A stretch of 64,000 nucleotides of DNA from Felis catus. Its lineage: Eukaryota. Each line of letters starts with the position of its first letter. The first letter of the stretch is position 1. Below are positions 41,060 to 53,732 of the stretch, piece by piece. Under the pieces are notes generated by a model that searched no databases, was not told the origin of the DNA, and saw only the letters and a program-made list of their open reading frames with translations. The stretch lies in contig NC_058368.1 of the NCBI RefSeq assembly GCF_018350175.1, forward strand, positions 121,088,001-121,152,000, in the 5' to 3' direction. A program made the translations under genes and the position numbers.

Positions 41060-41630
41060 ACGTGATAAATAAGAACGAGCCTGGAGGTATCACAATTCCA
41101 GATTTCGAGATCTACTACAAAGCTATAGTAATCAAAACAGCATGGTACATACACTGTTGGTGGGAATGGGAATGGGTGCAGCTGCTGTGGAAAGCAGTGT
41201 GGAGGTTCCTCAAAAAATTAAAAATAGAAATACCACATTGGGGGGCCTGGGTGGCTTAGTCTGTTGAGCATCTGACTTCAGCTCAGGTCATGATCTCACA
41301 GTTTGTGAGTTGGAGCACCACAATGGGCTCTGTGCTGTCAGCTCAGAGTCTGGAGCCTGCTTTGAATTCTGTCTCCCTCTCTCTCTGCCCCTCCCCTTGC
41401 TCACCCTCTGTCTTTCTCTCTCTCTCAAATAAATAAATAAACATACATTAAAAAGAAATACCAATTGATCCAATAATTCCACTATTGGGTATTTACTCAA
41501 ACAAAATGAAAACACTAACTCAGAAAGATATATGCACCCTATGTTTATTGCAGCATTATTTATAATGGCCAATATAAGGAGGCAACCTAAGCGTGCATCA
41601 ATAGACAAATGGATAAGGAAGATGTGCTGT

Positions 41631-41667
<37 letters not shown>

Positions 41668-42145
41668 GATATCATGCAATGCAGCCATAAAAAAAAAAAA
41701 ATGAGATTGTGACATTTGAGACAACATGGATGGACCTACAGAGTATTATGTTAAGTGAAATAAGTCAGACTGAGAAAGACAATTATATAATTTCACTCAT
41801 TGTGGAATCTAAACAAAAATTAATAAACAAATTAAAAAAGCAGAATCAGACCTATAAATACAAAGAACCAATTGATGGTTGCCAGAGCAAAGTGGGGGGG
41901 GGGGGGGGGGGATGGGCAAAATGGGTGAAGGGGAATGGGAGATATAGGCTTCCAGTTAAGGAATGAGTAAGTCACGGTAATAAAAGGTACAGCACAGGGA
42001 ATATAGTCAAAGATATTGTAACAATAATGTATGGTGGCAAATGATAGCTACACTTGTGATGAGCATAGCATAAGGTATGGAGAAGTTAAATCACTATGTT
42101 GTACACATGACACTAATGTAACACTGTGTCAACCATACTCAAAAA
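41060..42145 (+). mobile_element. L1 3' fragment with internal deletion, interrupted by a SINE (41240-41452) and (CA)n (41633-41664)
   Basis: ORF2 words [26 protein letters not shown] fused directly to [21 protein letters not shown], then the 3' UTR. SINE TSD agaaatacca. Confidence 0.88.
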
Positions 42146-42170
42146 AATCCTTCTTTAAAGATCATGGTGA

Positions 42171-42371
42171 GGGGCCCCTAGGTGGTTCAGACAATTAAGC
42201 AATTGACTTGATTTCAGCTCAAGTCATGATCCCAGGGTCATGGGATTGAGCCCCGTGTTGGGCTCCATGCTGGGTGTGTAGCCTGCTTAAGATTCTCTCT
42301 CTCCCTCTCTCTCTCTGGCCCCGCCCTCATGCTCTCTCTCTCTCTCTCTCTCTCTCAAAATAAATAAACAT

Positions 42372-42423
<52 letters not shown>

Positions 42424-42424
42424 A
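42171..42424 (+). mobile_element. Can-SINE with (TAAA)n tail
   Basis: TSD-like flanks taaagatcatggtga / taaagttaatggtga. Confidence 0.9.
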
Positions 42425-42554
42425 GTTAATGGTGACTGTAATGCAATTCGGAAGGGCTGGGTTTGGAATACCTATTACCTTTTTAAATATAGTTCATTTA
42501 ATTGTAAATTTATATAATTTAATATTTAATAATATCTGTGCTTAAGATCCAGCT

Positions 42555-43054
42555 AGTAGGATTCAGAGCACAGTAGCCCAAAATACGGCAGTTTGGCATA
42601 TTGAGTATCTTAAGCTGAAGGAGTTTGGGGAAATGGCAGGAGCAGGAAGTTCTCTGACATTCCCCTCGCCTTCTCTCCTGAAGCACATCATAAGATCCTC
42701 TTGTGAGAAATGTCCTTTGTATACCAAAAGGAAAGTAGCATCCTTCTCTCCAGGACGGGAGTGCTACCCAGAAGAATGCACACAAACAGGCCTTGCCAAG
42801 TTTCCCCACAGTGACTACACTTACTTTATACCCTTTGTCCTATGATATTTCTACAGTCCTGCTCCCTCTTCATCAAACCTTGTGCAAAACCCTCAGGTAT
42901 GACCATTTCTACAGGTCTTCATTTCTGTATGAAGGTGCCCATGTCCCATAAAACTTACAGTAAATCAATGTGTATGCTTTTCTTCTGCTAATCTGTGTCA
43001 GGTTTTCAGACTCAACCAGGGACCCTGAGAGGGTCAAGGAAAACTTGACCTACA
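42555..43054 (+). mobile_element. Solo ERV1-class LTR (MER34/MER39-like)
   Basis: Begins agtagg (degenerate TGTAGG)...cccaaaatacggcagtttggcatattgag; ends ...cctaca; flanked by cagct on both sides; ~500 bp. Confidence 0.75.
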
Positions 43055-43402
43055 CAGCTGTACCGCATCACTAAAAAGTTCCCACCCTCTTTCTTGTTCA
43101 AGGACATCTCTCTAGCCATACCCCCCCCCCCTTTCTCACATCATCACTTTTGCCTCTACTGGATCATTCCAACCAGCACACATACATACATTGTGATTTC
43201 TTCCATTTTTAAAAAAATCCACTCTTAACCCCATACCATCCTCCTGATCTATCCCAATTCTCTGGTATGTTTTTGCTCTTCAGAAGAGTTGCCTATAATC
43301 TCTTGAACCCATTCCAATCAATTTGGGACCTTTCCAGTTCACTGAAACTACTGTTGGCAAGGTCGCCAATGGCAAAATTGCTAAATTCACTAGTCAATTC
43401 TT

Positions 43403-43628
43403 TTTTTTTTTAATTTTTTTTTCAACGTTTTTTATTTATTTTTGGGACAGAGAGAGACAGAGCATGAACGGGGGAGGGGCAGAGAGAGAGGGAGACACAG
43501 AATCGGAAACAGGCTCCAGGCTCCGAGCCATCAGCCCAGAGCCTGACGCGGGGCTCGAACTCCCGGACCGCGAGATCGTGACCTGGCTGAAGTCGGACGC
43601 TTAACCGACTGTGCCATCCAGGCGCCCC
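43403..43628 (-). mobile_element. Young Can-SINE (SINEC_Fc-type)
   Basis: CpG-rich consensus-like copy; perfect TSD cactagtcaattctt. Confidence 0.95.
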
Positions 43629-43744
43629 CACTAGTCAATTCTTAATCCCCCACCTTACTAAACCTCAGAGTAATGTCTCCTTGAATTAGTTATCAGGTGT
43701 GGGGTGGAGGGTTAGATGTCAAAGCCCTTAAAAGTTGAATGTAT

Positions 43745-44187
43745 GGCGGTACCTGTGTGGCTTCATCGGCTAAGCATCCGACTCTCGATTTCAGCTCAGG
43801 TTATGATCTCACAGTTCTTGAGACTGAGCCCCCGTGTCAGGCTCCATGCTGAGGGTGGAGCCTGCTTGGGATTCTCTCTTGCTCGCCCTCTGCCCCTCCC
43901 CCACTCATGCTCAAGTTTGTATGCATGCTCTCTCAAGATAAATAATCTTTAAATATATATATATATATTTTAATTTCTTTATCTAATGTTTATTTACTTT
44001 TGAAGGAGAGAGAGACAGAGTGTGAGTGGGGGAGGGGCAGAGAGAGAAGGAGACACAGAATCCCAAACAGGCTCCAGACTCTGAGCTGCCAGCACAGAGC
44101 CTGACGTGGGGCTCGAACCCACAAACCACGAGATCATGACCTGAGCCAAAGTTGGACGTTCAACCGACTGAGCCACCCAGGCACCCC
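43745..44187. mobile_element. Tail-to-tail Can-SINE pair (+ 43745-43950, - 43968-44187)
   Basis: Two inverted SINEs separated by (AT)n. Outer flanks aagttgaatgt / tattgaatgt suggest the minus copy inserted into the tail of the plus copy. Confidence 0.88.
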
Positions 44188-45220
44188 AGAAAATATTAAA
44201 AAAAAAACAAACTATTGAATGTTATGTAGAAAGCAACGCTACTATATCACGAACCCCTTCTTATAGAAAAAACAAATACCAGTTGCCCTGGGGGACTACC
44301 GAGGCCCACAATAGAGAGATAATTTACTTGTGGAGTTTATGGTAACCCTTACCTGCCTCTACCACCAGACTGGGTGTGAAACAGAAGCCTCCTGACAGGC
44401 TGGGCCATGCACCCATTCCAACTAGCCTCCGACTCCACTCTGACAGCTGCTTTCTTCCAGAAGGTATCCTTGGGCAGTTGCTTGCCAACTCCTGATTAGC
44501 TGATCACAAAAGGCCAAGCCTGTGTCCTGAAAGATTAAAGGACTGAGCACCTGTTGGCTTTAACTGGACTGGTTGTCTGAGTGACTTGTGCAAGAACAAA
44601 GGCCACCTGCCCACTCCAAGGACATCAGGGTGCTCTGAACGTGGAAACGCAGGCCACGCTTGACAAGGGAGGCTACTGCCATGTAATCTCGTGTCTCAGA
44701 GTCCCAGCCAGTTTGCACAATGACAGCGTCACTTGCTATGTCCCCAAGGAAGAGAGAAGGAACTATAAAACGAATTCCCATTGCTTTGAAATTGGGTGGC
44801 TTTTACCTAGTCAGAGACTGGAGTTTGGAAATTTGCAAACCTCCCAAGTTCCTCCTTTGGTCTTTGAGATACCAAACTCATGTTTGTATCTTCAAGGCAA
44901 AGCACAGAGGTTTGAACCTGGTGGACACACACCACACTTTGAGGGAAGGGGTGGATGACTGGCTCTTTACAAATGACGTGAAGTTTTAAGTGGACAGACG
45001 CTTCAGCCCTGACCCTCTCTCCTCACCCTGTCCCCTCTTTGCTTTTCTCACCTTCTTGATGCTGGTCCACTGTCCTCTTCTGACCATCTTGACCATCTCT
45101 GCATCACTAATCTTTTTTATCCAATCTTATAATTGTCTGTTTACAGAAATTCTCCACTGAACTATGAGGGTCTCCAGCCTAGAAGGAACTGTGTGTTATT
45201 CACTCTTCCCTATCTAGTGC

Positions 45221-46430
45221 TGAGGCGGAAAACCTCTGTCCTCCTCCTGTGTGCCTCCTTTATTCTCACACTACTACCACACTCCAACGCTTCTGACACC
45301 AGGCATGTAGGGTTCCCCCACACCATGCAATTCTGTGACACCAGCTGGGGGTTTGTCCAACTGAACTCAATTCTGATACTATCTATCTGGAGACAGTGCC
45401 AGATCCCACAGGTTAAGGGCTCCGTCCTACAAGACTGCCTGCCCCCCTTACCACTTCAGGTGCCAATAACAAGTTCAGGTTGCTACCTTTGCTTCTGACC
45501 GATGGGCTGTAAGTCACAGGTTCCCATGACCTCTTTGTCAGTTTGATGTACTGCTAGAACAGTTCACAGGAGTCAGGGAAATAGTTCACCAGCTGTTGAT
45601 CAGTTTATTATAAGAGTATGTGATAAAGGACACAGATGAGCACGCAGGTGGGAGAGACGCATAGGACAAGGTAGGTGGGAAGGAACACAGAGCTTCCAGG
45701 TGTACCACCCTCCAGTACCTCCATGTGTTCGCCAACCCAGAAACTCTCCAAAACCCATACTTTTGGGAATTTTGTGGGGGCATCATGTAGGCATGACTGA
45801 TCATTAACTCCTGATCCTCTCTCCTCTCTGGAGAACGGGGTATGGGGCTGGATATTCTGAGCTTCTAATCATGGCTTGGTCTTTCTGGTGACCATCCCCA
45901 TCCAGGAGCACACCCAAGGTCACTTCACTAGAACAAAAGACACTCCTACCGCCCAGAAAATTTCAAAAGTTTAGAAGCTTGGTGTCAGGAACCAGGGTCA
46001 AAAACCAAGTATTAGTTGGGGCACCTGGATGGCTCAGTCAGTTAAGCGTCCAACTTCGGCTCAGGTCACGATCTCTCAGTTCATGAATTCAAGCCCTGTG
46101 TCGAGCTCTGTGCTGACGGCACAGAGCCTGGAGCCTGCTTTGATTCTGTGTGTGTCTCTCTCTCTGCCGCTCCCCTGCTCATGCTCTGTGTCTCTTTCTC
46201 TCTCTCAAAAATAAATAAACATGAAAAAAATTGTTACTAAAAATATATATAATGTATAATAAAAAATGTTTTAAACAATTATTAGAACAAAAGATGCTCC
46301 TAGTACTTTTACCATCTAGGACATTACAAGGGATTTTAGGAACTCTGTGACAGGAAAAGAGTGGAGGGGAGAGCAAGGAGTGGGTGGAGGGGGAGGGGAA
46401 GCAGACACTAATATTTTCTATTATCTCACA
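45221..46430 (-). mobile_element. MER21-like LTR interrupted by a Can-SINE (~46018-46280)
   Basis: Characteristic sequence (tgacaccagctgggg...aattctgatactatct...cagatcccacaggttaagggctc.gtcc.acaagactgcc); TG...CA ends. Confidence 0.75.
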
Positions 46431-46806
46431 AGTGCCTAGCAAAATATCTAGCACATAGTATATGTTCAATAAACTCATGAATACTTAACAGAGAATATGA
46501 CCTTGAGCAAGTTCCTTCCTGTAGCTGCACCTCAACAAAGTGACCAAGAGGACCAAGATTATTTCTAAATTCCCTTTTACTTCCCTGAGATTTCATATGT
46601 GAACTAGAGACTCAGGACAGGCAACAGAACCAGTCACCAGAACCAGGGTACAAAGCAGGAATTTGCACGGAGAACAAGGCAAAAATCTCAGAACAAGTTC
46701 ATCGTGTCAGGGTAAAGTAATACCTGTGGCATCACTGAGCCAGACTTCTCTTCCCTCACTTCAAGATGACAGTGATCAGACAGTTTCAAGAAGTTCAAGA
46801 ACTTTA

Positions 46807-46934
46807 GGGGCACCTGGGTGGCTCAGTTGGTTGAGCATCCGACTCTTGTTTCCAGCTCAGGTCATGATGTCACCATTCATGGGTTTGAGCCCCAGGTCAG
46901 GCTCTGCACTGAGAGCACAGAGCCTGCTTATTAT

Positions 46935-46980
<46 letters not shown>

Positions 46981-47023
46981 CCCCTCACCTCAAAATAACT
47001 AAATAAAATAAACTTTAAAAAAA
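46807..47023 (+). mobile_element. Can-SINE
   Basis: Long (CT)n body; TSD-like flanks aagttcaagaacttta / aagttgataaacttta. Confidence 0.9.
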
Positions 47024-47859
47024 AGTTGATAAACTTTAATCAGAGAGGAAATATTTCAGGGCAAGGAGCTACTAGGTCATCACAGCATCCTACATGTTAC
47101 CAAACACTTAGAAGGTCTATCACATTCCAATGCGAGAGAGAGAAATATGTAAAATATCTAGTATTAAACAGGTAAATATGGGTACCAAAGAGAAAAAATA
47201 AGGTAGAGAAGAAGGATGATAAGTGGGGGTGGGGCAGCGGGGTAGAACTCCCCGGCAAACTGACATTTAAGTAGAAGAGTTGAAAGAAGAGAGGGAGCAA
47301 GTCATTCTCTTATTTGGGGGACAGTCATTCCAGGCAGCGGACTGGCCAGTTAACAGGCCCTGAGATAGCAGTCCTTCGCCTGGTGTGCTGGAGAACTGGG
47401 AACAGGCCAGTGTGGCTGGAGCAGAGTCCTGGAACATAGGGTCAGAAGAGCAACAAGGATCAGCAACAAGGTCACACAGAGTCTTGTAAGCCATTGTGAA
47501 GATGTTAGCTCTTTCTCTGCATGAGACATTGAGAACTTTGAACTGGGCAGTGACAGGAACAGAACTCTGTTTTCACAGAACCATCCTGGCTAGTAATTAT
47601 CAAGCAGTGACCTTGGGGAGGCAAGCGGGAGAAAGAAACCAGTTAGGAGGCCATCGTTGTAACGTGTACAAGCGGTGATGACTGATCATGGAGGTACTGA
47701 GGGAGTTTTCAGATTCTGGATCCTTTGTGAAGGTAGAGATGCAAAGCGTGCCGAAAGACCAGAAGTGGGATGTGAGAGAGGGGCCAAGGATGATGTGTCA
47801 GTGCTATACTGCACACCACCATGGAGAAAGCCCACCTGACTATAAAAGGAAATTAAGCC

Positions 47860-48990
47860 AGATGTATTCATTTCCCAGGACTGCCAAAACAAAGTACCAT
47901 GAACTGGGAGGCTTACACAGAGGTGTGCTGTCTCCCAGCTCTGGAGACTGCAAGTCTGAAATCAAAGCGTTGGCAGAGTCGGTTCCTTCTGAGGGCTGAG
48001 GGAGACAATCTGTTTAAGCCTCTTGTCTGGCTCCTGAGAGCCCCCAGCATCCCTTTACGTGTGGACAGTGTGCTGCCTATGGCTTCACATCATCTGCACT
48101 CTATGCTTGTCTGTCCCTGTGTCCAGATTTCCATTTTTTATAAGGATACCAATAATTGGATTAAGACCCACCCTAATGACCTCATCTGTTAAGAGTTGAA
48201 ATATGCTCCTCTCAAAATTGATATGTTAAGCCCTAAGCCCAGTAGCTCACAATGGGACTCTATTTGGAGATAAGGCCTTTAAATAGATAGTTAAGGTAAA
48301 ATGAGGATATACAGGTGGGCCCTAATCCATTATGATGAGGGTCCTTATTAAAACAAGAGCAGATCAAGACATAGACCTGAACAGAGGGAAGACCATGTGA
48401 AGACAGAGGCAAAAGACACCCCCATCTGTCAGCCAAGGAGAGAGGCCTCAGAAGAAACACACTTCCCCGCTTTTTGCTAACATTGGGAGAACTAATATAT
48501 ATGATTTTGTATCCCTCTTTCATGTTCTCTAACAAATGGAGAACATCACCTTCAAAAATGTGATTTTAATGATATTAATCATATTATATGATTATATAAT
48601 CACATATTATATGAATGAACCATCATTTTAAATTATGTTTTTATATTATTTTTTATAACTACTGATGTCACGAAAATCCTTGTATGTAAATTTGTATCAG
48701 CATGTTTTCTTGCTTTTTGAAAATAGAGTCTTAGGAGGGTAGTTACTGGGTAAAAAGAGAGGACCATTTTGAAGGGCCATTTGAAGCCTGTCAACACCCT
48801 GATCCTAGACGTTGAGCCATCAAAACATTTTGAAAATAAATTGTGGAAGTGTAAGTCACCCAGTCTGGGGTACTTTGTTATGGCAGCCCTACAGAACTAA
48901 CATATTATCTCAGCTTGATCATCTGCTAAAATCCTCTTTCCAAATGAGGTCCCATTCACAGGTACTGGGAGTCACGACTTGGACATCTCC
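47860..48990. mobile_element. Nested MaLR (MLT1-type) LTR fragments
   Basis: MLT1 signature segments (ctggagactgcaagtctgaaatcaa; ggccctaatcca; tttgttatggcagccct; cacaggtactggg) occurring in opposite orientations. Confidence 0.7.
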
Positions 48991-49849
48991 TTGACCCCAC
49001 ATCACCAGGCACAAACAGGCAGAAATGAAAGATGAAGACTAAGTCTGGGGGCGCCCAATCTCCAGTTCTGGCCTGAGCACCACCAGCTGCCCTGTTTCCT
49101 GAAGCTCCTTCTTGAATTTTCTCAGCTTCTCTAGGATCCTTCCGGTCAATCTCCTTTTGTGCTTACCTTAATGTGAGTTGAGGTTTCTGTCACTTTTAAT
49201 GGAGACTCCTGACTAATCTGATGTGGAAGACAAATTTAGCCGTTATGAGTTCATATGCCAGAAGAAAAAAAGAAAAGAAAAACGAACCCTTTATTGTCAG
49301 GTTGTTTTCCATCTCCAAATCCACCCAGCTTCTGAGACTTTGAAAGGTGAGCTGCCTAACACATTTATATTTTCAATTCTCTGTTTTCATCCTTTTCATC
49401 TTCATTGTTTAGAAATCCAATAAGAATTTTATTCATTTTGTTTGTTTGGCAAAATTGCATCCTTTAAGGCCAATTCACCTTACAATGTTAGTACAAAAGG
49501 GTAAATTTTCTTTGTCATAGCAGTAGCAATTAATGGCATTCATTTTAAAAGAGTCTATTTAAGATATTTCCTGTCTGGGAAGACTAGTTTTAAAAGACTG
49601 ATCTCTTGCCAGACGAAAGACCAGAAATTACTGAAGGACAGTTCTGATCATAATACAGAGAATAAAAATCATAAAACCAAAGGCACACAGAAAGAATGTC
49701 AGGTGAAGTATAACTTAGGCAGCTAAGTGGTAACACATGACACCTCAGTGTGAGTAAGTTTACCAAATCTTCTCCCTTCCCACAAATTTCTCAGAGGGAA
49801 GAAGAAGGTGTGCACCGTAAGGTACACGAGGGTTGGAATGGGTAGAGGG

Positions 49850-50272
49850 TGTTAAAGAGAAAACCACAAGCCCAAAAGTGGCATCATTTAGGCCAAGTAA
49901 CCAAACTGGGGCTTACTACTTAACCCCATTGCCTTTCAACCTCCCTGGGAAATGTAAATTTTAACCGGTCAGTCAGGAATGTTCTGATTAGCACCAGGAA
50001 TAAGCACTTGGGCCTTCTCCATTCCCCAAAGGAAGATGAGAGGATTTGCATAAGACCAGAGGCTGCTCTTCTCCTAAGGGAAAGTGACCAGGCCTAGTTA
50101 GTTGGTTAGTTAGTTTTGCTTTAACTTCCTGGTCCCACCCCCCAACCTTCCATTTTATACAACTCCTCGGGACTCCCCTCTAACTTGCTGGATGAGATGC
50201 TGCTTGATTCACAACTTGCTGAATAAAGTGAATTAGATCTTCAGATTTACTTGGTTGAATTTTGTGTTTGAA
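49850..50272 (+). mobile_element. Solo ERV1-class LTR
   Basis: Starts tgttaaagagaaaa; LTR-like body with poly(A) signal gctgaataaag ~50220 and a U5-like end. Confidence 0.6.
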
Positions 50273-51537
50273 TGAGAGGAAGCTGGGAGAAGTGGTGGGG
50301 AAGGAAGCAGCCCTGAAGGGCCCCAGGGCAAAGGATGAATGAGTTGGGGGATATATACCAAACTTAACACAATGTCACTTTGCCTTGAGCTAGTTATTAC
50401 ATTATTTTTCTCAAAGTACTATCTGATTGATGAGATCAGAAAGAAACGAGAATGTTCTCAGGCAATGCCGTACCGGCCAAAAATAGTGACAGCTATCAAA
50501 TACGAAGTCCGTTCCCCACTCCAAAGACACTGCTTCCCAAAGGACTTTATATATGCAATCTTGGAACAGTCTGAAGAAGTAGCATTGGTCTTAGATTCGG
50601 TTCCCTGGAAACAGACTTTGAGGCAAGAATTTACATACAAGAGGACTGGGGTTGCTTCTGAAGTGAAGAATGCAGGATTGGGCCAAGAGATAGTGTGCTC
50701 CAAAATCTGGTTCCAATTGAGGCCTCAGTCAATCGTATAGAACCCCCTGGCGCTGGGCGGCCCCCACTGAGGTAAGGCTGCTGGGTGAGGCAGTTCCCTT
50801 GCAGTGGAGGACAATTTCCAGCAAGGAGCACAGCTTTGGGATGGGGTAGGAGGCAAAGACTCTGAAGAGAGGAACAGGGGGCAGCACTACCACCGCATCC
50901 ATATCACTATTATCTACAGTTTAAGATGAATGAACTGAAACTTGGAGAGGTTAATTACTCATCCCAAGGAAGTGCTGCCCAAGTCTCCTCAAATTTTTAA
51001 TCTGCAAAGTCGCTGAAGAAAACTAGACTAATGTGAAGTCAGAACACACAAGAGTGTGCACATTAAAGGCAGCGATGATTCCAAAAAAAAAAGAATAAGG
51101 CAACCAAAAGAGGCATTGGTGACTTATGAAAGCATGAGAAAATAAAATCCAAGAGGTAAACATAGATATTGAAGAACTCACTCCTTGAAATAGATGATTC
51201 ATGTAAGAACTTTGAATAATTCTGTCCTTAATGGAAAAGAATATTCTTTTCTGAAAATAGTTACATCCAAGATTAACCCAAGTCATCAAGCAAGGGCCTC
51301 CCATCTTTGCTCACTGAGCAGGCTAATCTCTCCAATAAGAGTGTTTCTTACGTGGTATGGTAGGTGATGTCTCAGAGTAAATACAGGGGTTCCTGATTTT
51401 CCTTTAGCTTCCAAATAGCTTAAATGACAATTGTGGATGATATTATGCAGTGGTTGTGTATACCTGTTCACCCCAAGTCTACCCCTAAGAGATGAGATAA
51501 AACAGTTACTGATCATACAAGTTAAGAGTTAATTCCA

Positions 51538-51745
51538 GGGGTGCTGGTTGAGCATCCAACTTCGGCTCAGGTCATGAACCTGCAGTTTGTGAATTTGAGC
51601 CCCACATCTGACTCTGTGCTGACAGCTCAGAGCCTGGAGCCTGCTTCAGATTCTGTGTCTCCCTCTCTCTCTGCCCCTCCCCTGCTCATGCTCTGTCTGT
51701 CTCTCTCTCTCTCGAAAATAAATAAACATCAAGAAAAAAACATTT
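51538..51745 (+). mobile_element. Can-SINE
   Basis: TSD agttaattccaggg. Confidence 0.92.
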
Positions 51746-52469
51746 TTAAGTTAATTCCAGGGATGTAACAAAGTCACATGCACCCTAATATTATCCTTAC
51801 ATGTGACCAGGCATAACAGACTTGTTCTTCTACTATAGTTATTACCGCTGTATTATGTATGGTGACCAGGTAGGCCAACCAGCAGTTTCTGTATAAAATA
51901 CCATTCCAAAAATGCTTTCAGAGTCTCCTTGAGACAAATGAGTGAACAACTGTTAAGGATGGGGAGACCGTTCTTAGTCCTCCTAAGATAGTAGTTAGTC
52001 CATCAACAGCTGCTTCCCTAACTTTAGAGCTGGAATAAAGAGGAAGCTTAAATGCCAGTTTCTCTGGGCACAAATCTTAAAGGATTGACTCATCTAACAG
52101 GACATATGATACCAACCAGCCAAAAGCAGCCCCATGACCTGGGAATGAATGATGAATATCATAGTTTATAATTAATCAACGAGGGGACTCCAGAAGAAAG
52201 GGCCAATCCAGACTTGCCCACTGGCGTTCCTGGGAATAGATGGAGTTCATGGTCATGTAGCTAAGAGAGAAGGCAATTAAGCAAGAAAAAAAAATTGGTC
52301 ATGCTAGTTCTGGGGACAAGCATTTCTAGGACCTTAGAGGATTACACAAGGTGAATAAATAATCCCTTGGCAAGTCTATTTACCCATTATTTCCACTAGT
52401 ACTTAGCACCTGGCACAGAATATATTGGAACACAAAGAAAAGATATGGTTCTCCCTTCAAACGACTGGA

Positions 52470-52950
52470 AATTGTTCATTGTTTATTCTGCATTCATTCT
52501 GCCCTTCTGTCTTCAAAATAGAATGCTGTTTTCCTTCAAGATTTCATCCCACCCCCAAGTGCAGAAGTTATTATTGGTCTAGGAGTGATCTCCATTGCCA
52601 GTGATTGGCAATAGAATGGGTATACGGCCCAGTCTGGACTAATGAGACACTGAGGAGAGATTTACTGGGGCCTTCTGTTAATTAGCTCCCCCTCTCTTGG
52701 ATATGAACAAGGAAATGTCCCTGGCCATGGTTAGCAAATATCCTATGGGCAGATAACCCTGGTTTGACATCATCCAACAGAATCCAACAGATGAGAAAAT
52801 TTGAGTCTTCAGTGAGCACTGTGGAGCCACAGATCACCCCTAAATACCACACTACTTTCATTGCCCCATACTTGAGCTAAGAAATTTGCTTTGTAGCTCA
52901 AAACCCGTTTGAGTTGGATTCTGTTACTTGTAACCTAAAGAATCCTAACT
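52470..52950 (+). mobile_element. Old MaLR (MLT1-type) LTR
   Basis: Ends gtttgagttggattctgttacttgtaacctaaagaatcctaact, an MLT1 terminus pattern. Confidence 0.6.
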
Positions 52951-53536
52951 GGTAAAAAGCTAACAGTCTGAATTTAGCTCCCCTAAAGAGGTATAGGATA
53001 TACTTCACGCTATAGGATAAAATACTCAAGCCATAGATTGTAAATTTCTCAAAGATGGGACTGGGTCTAATATTTCTTTGTATCTCTGGCACCCTACAAA
53101 CACTAAATGCTGAATCTCTCGTGGAACTCAGATAAGATAATGTATACATAAATTCTCTGGGAAAGAATATTCTCTTCAAATACAACAGTAAAGGAAATAG
53201 GTACTAACACAAGCTTTTCATAATAATAGGTAACATTTCTTGGTTACCTAATCTGTGCCAATAACTGTTCTTTGTATAATTACTTGGAGTCATTTGCATA
53301 TATGAACTTATTTAATCCTTACCACAATAATCAGGTACTGTTACTATCCACAGTTTACAGGCGAAGAAGCTGAGACACAACATATTTACTCAGATACAAA
53401 TTAAAAAGCTTACTTGTTTAAGAGGAAACTTCTCTGTAGTTAAATAACTAAGGACAAATAAAAATACCATTTTAAAGTCCCTGTGTTTCAACCAATAAGG
53501 ATTATCTAAGTCAGTTGATAATAGGATTGTGTTTCA

Positions 53537-53732
53537 GGTGCCTGGGTGGTCCAGTCCGTTGAGCACCTGACTTCAGCGCCGGACATGATCTGATGGTTCC
53601 TGAGCTCAAACTCCACATCAGGCTGCCTGCTCTCAGGGCAGAGCCCGCTTCTGATCCTCTGTTCCCCTCGCTCTCTGCCCCTCCCCCACTCACACTCTCT
53701 CTCAAAAATAAATAAAACATTATTAAAAAAAA
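53537..53732 (+). mobile_element. Can-SINE
   Basis: TSD aggattgtgtttca / aggattgtttttca. Confidence 0.9.
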
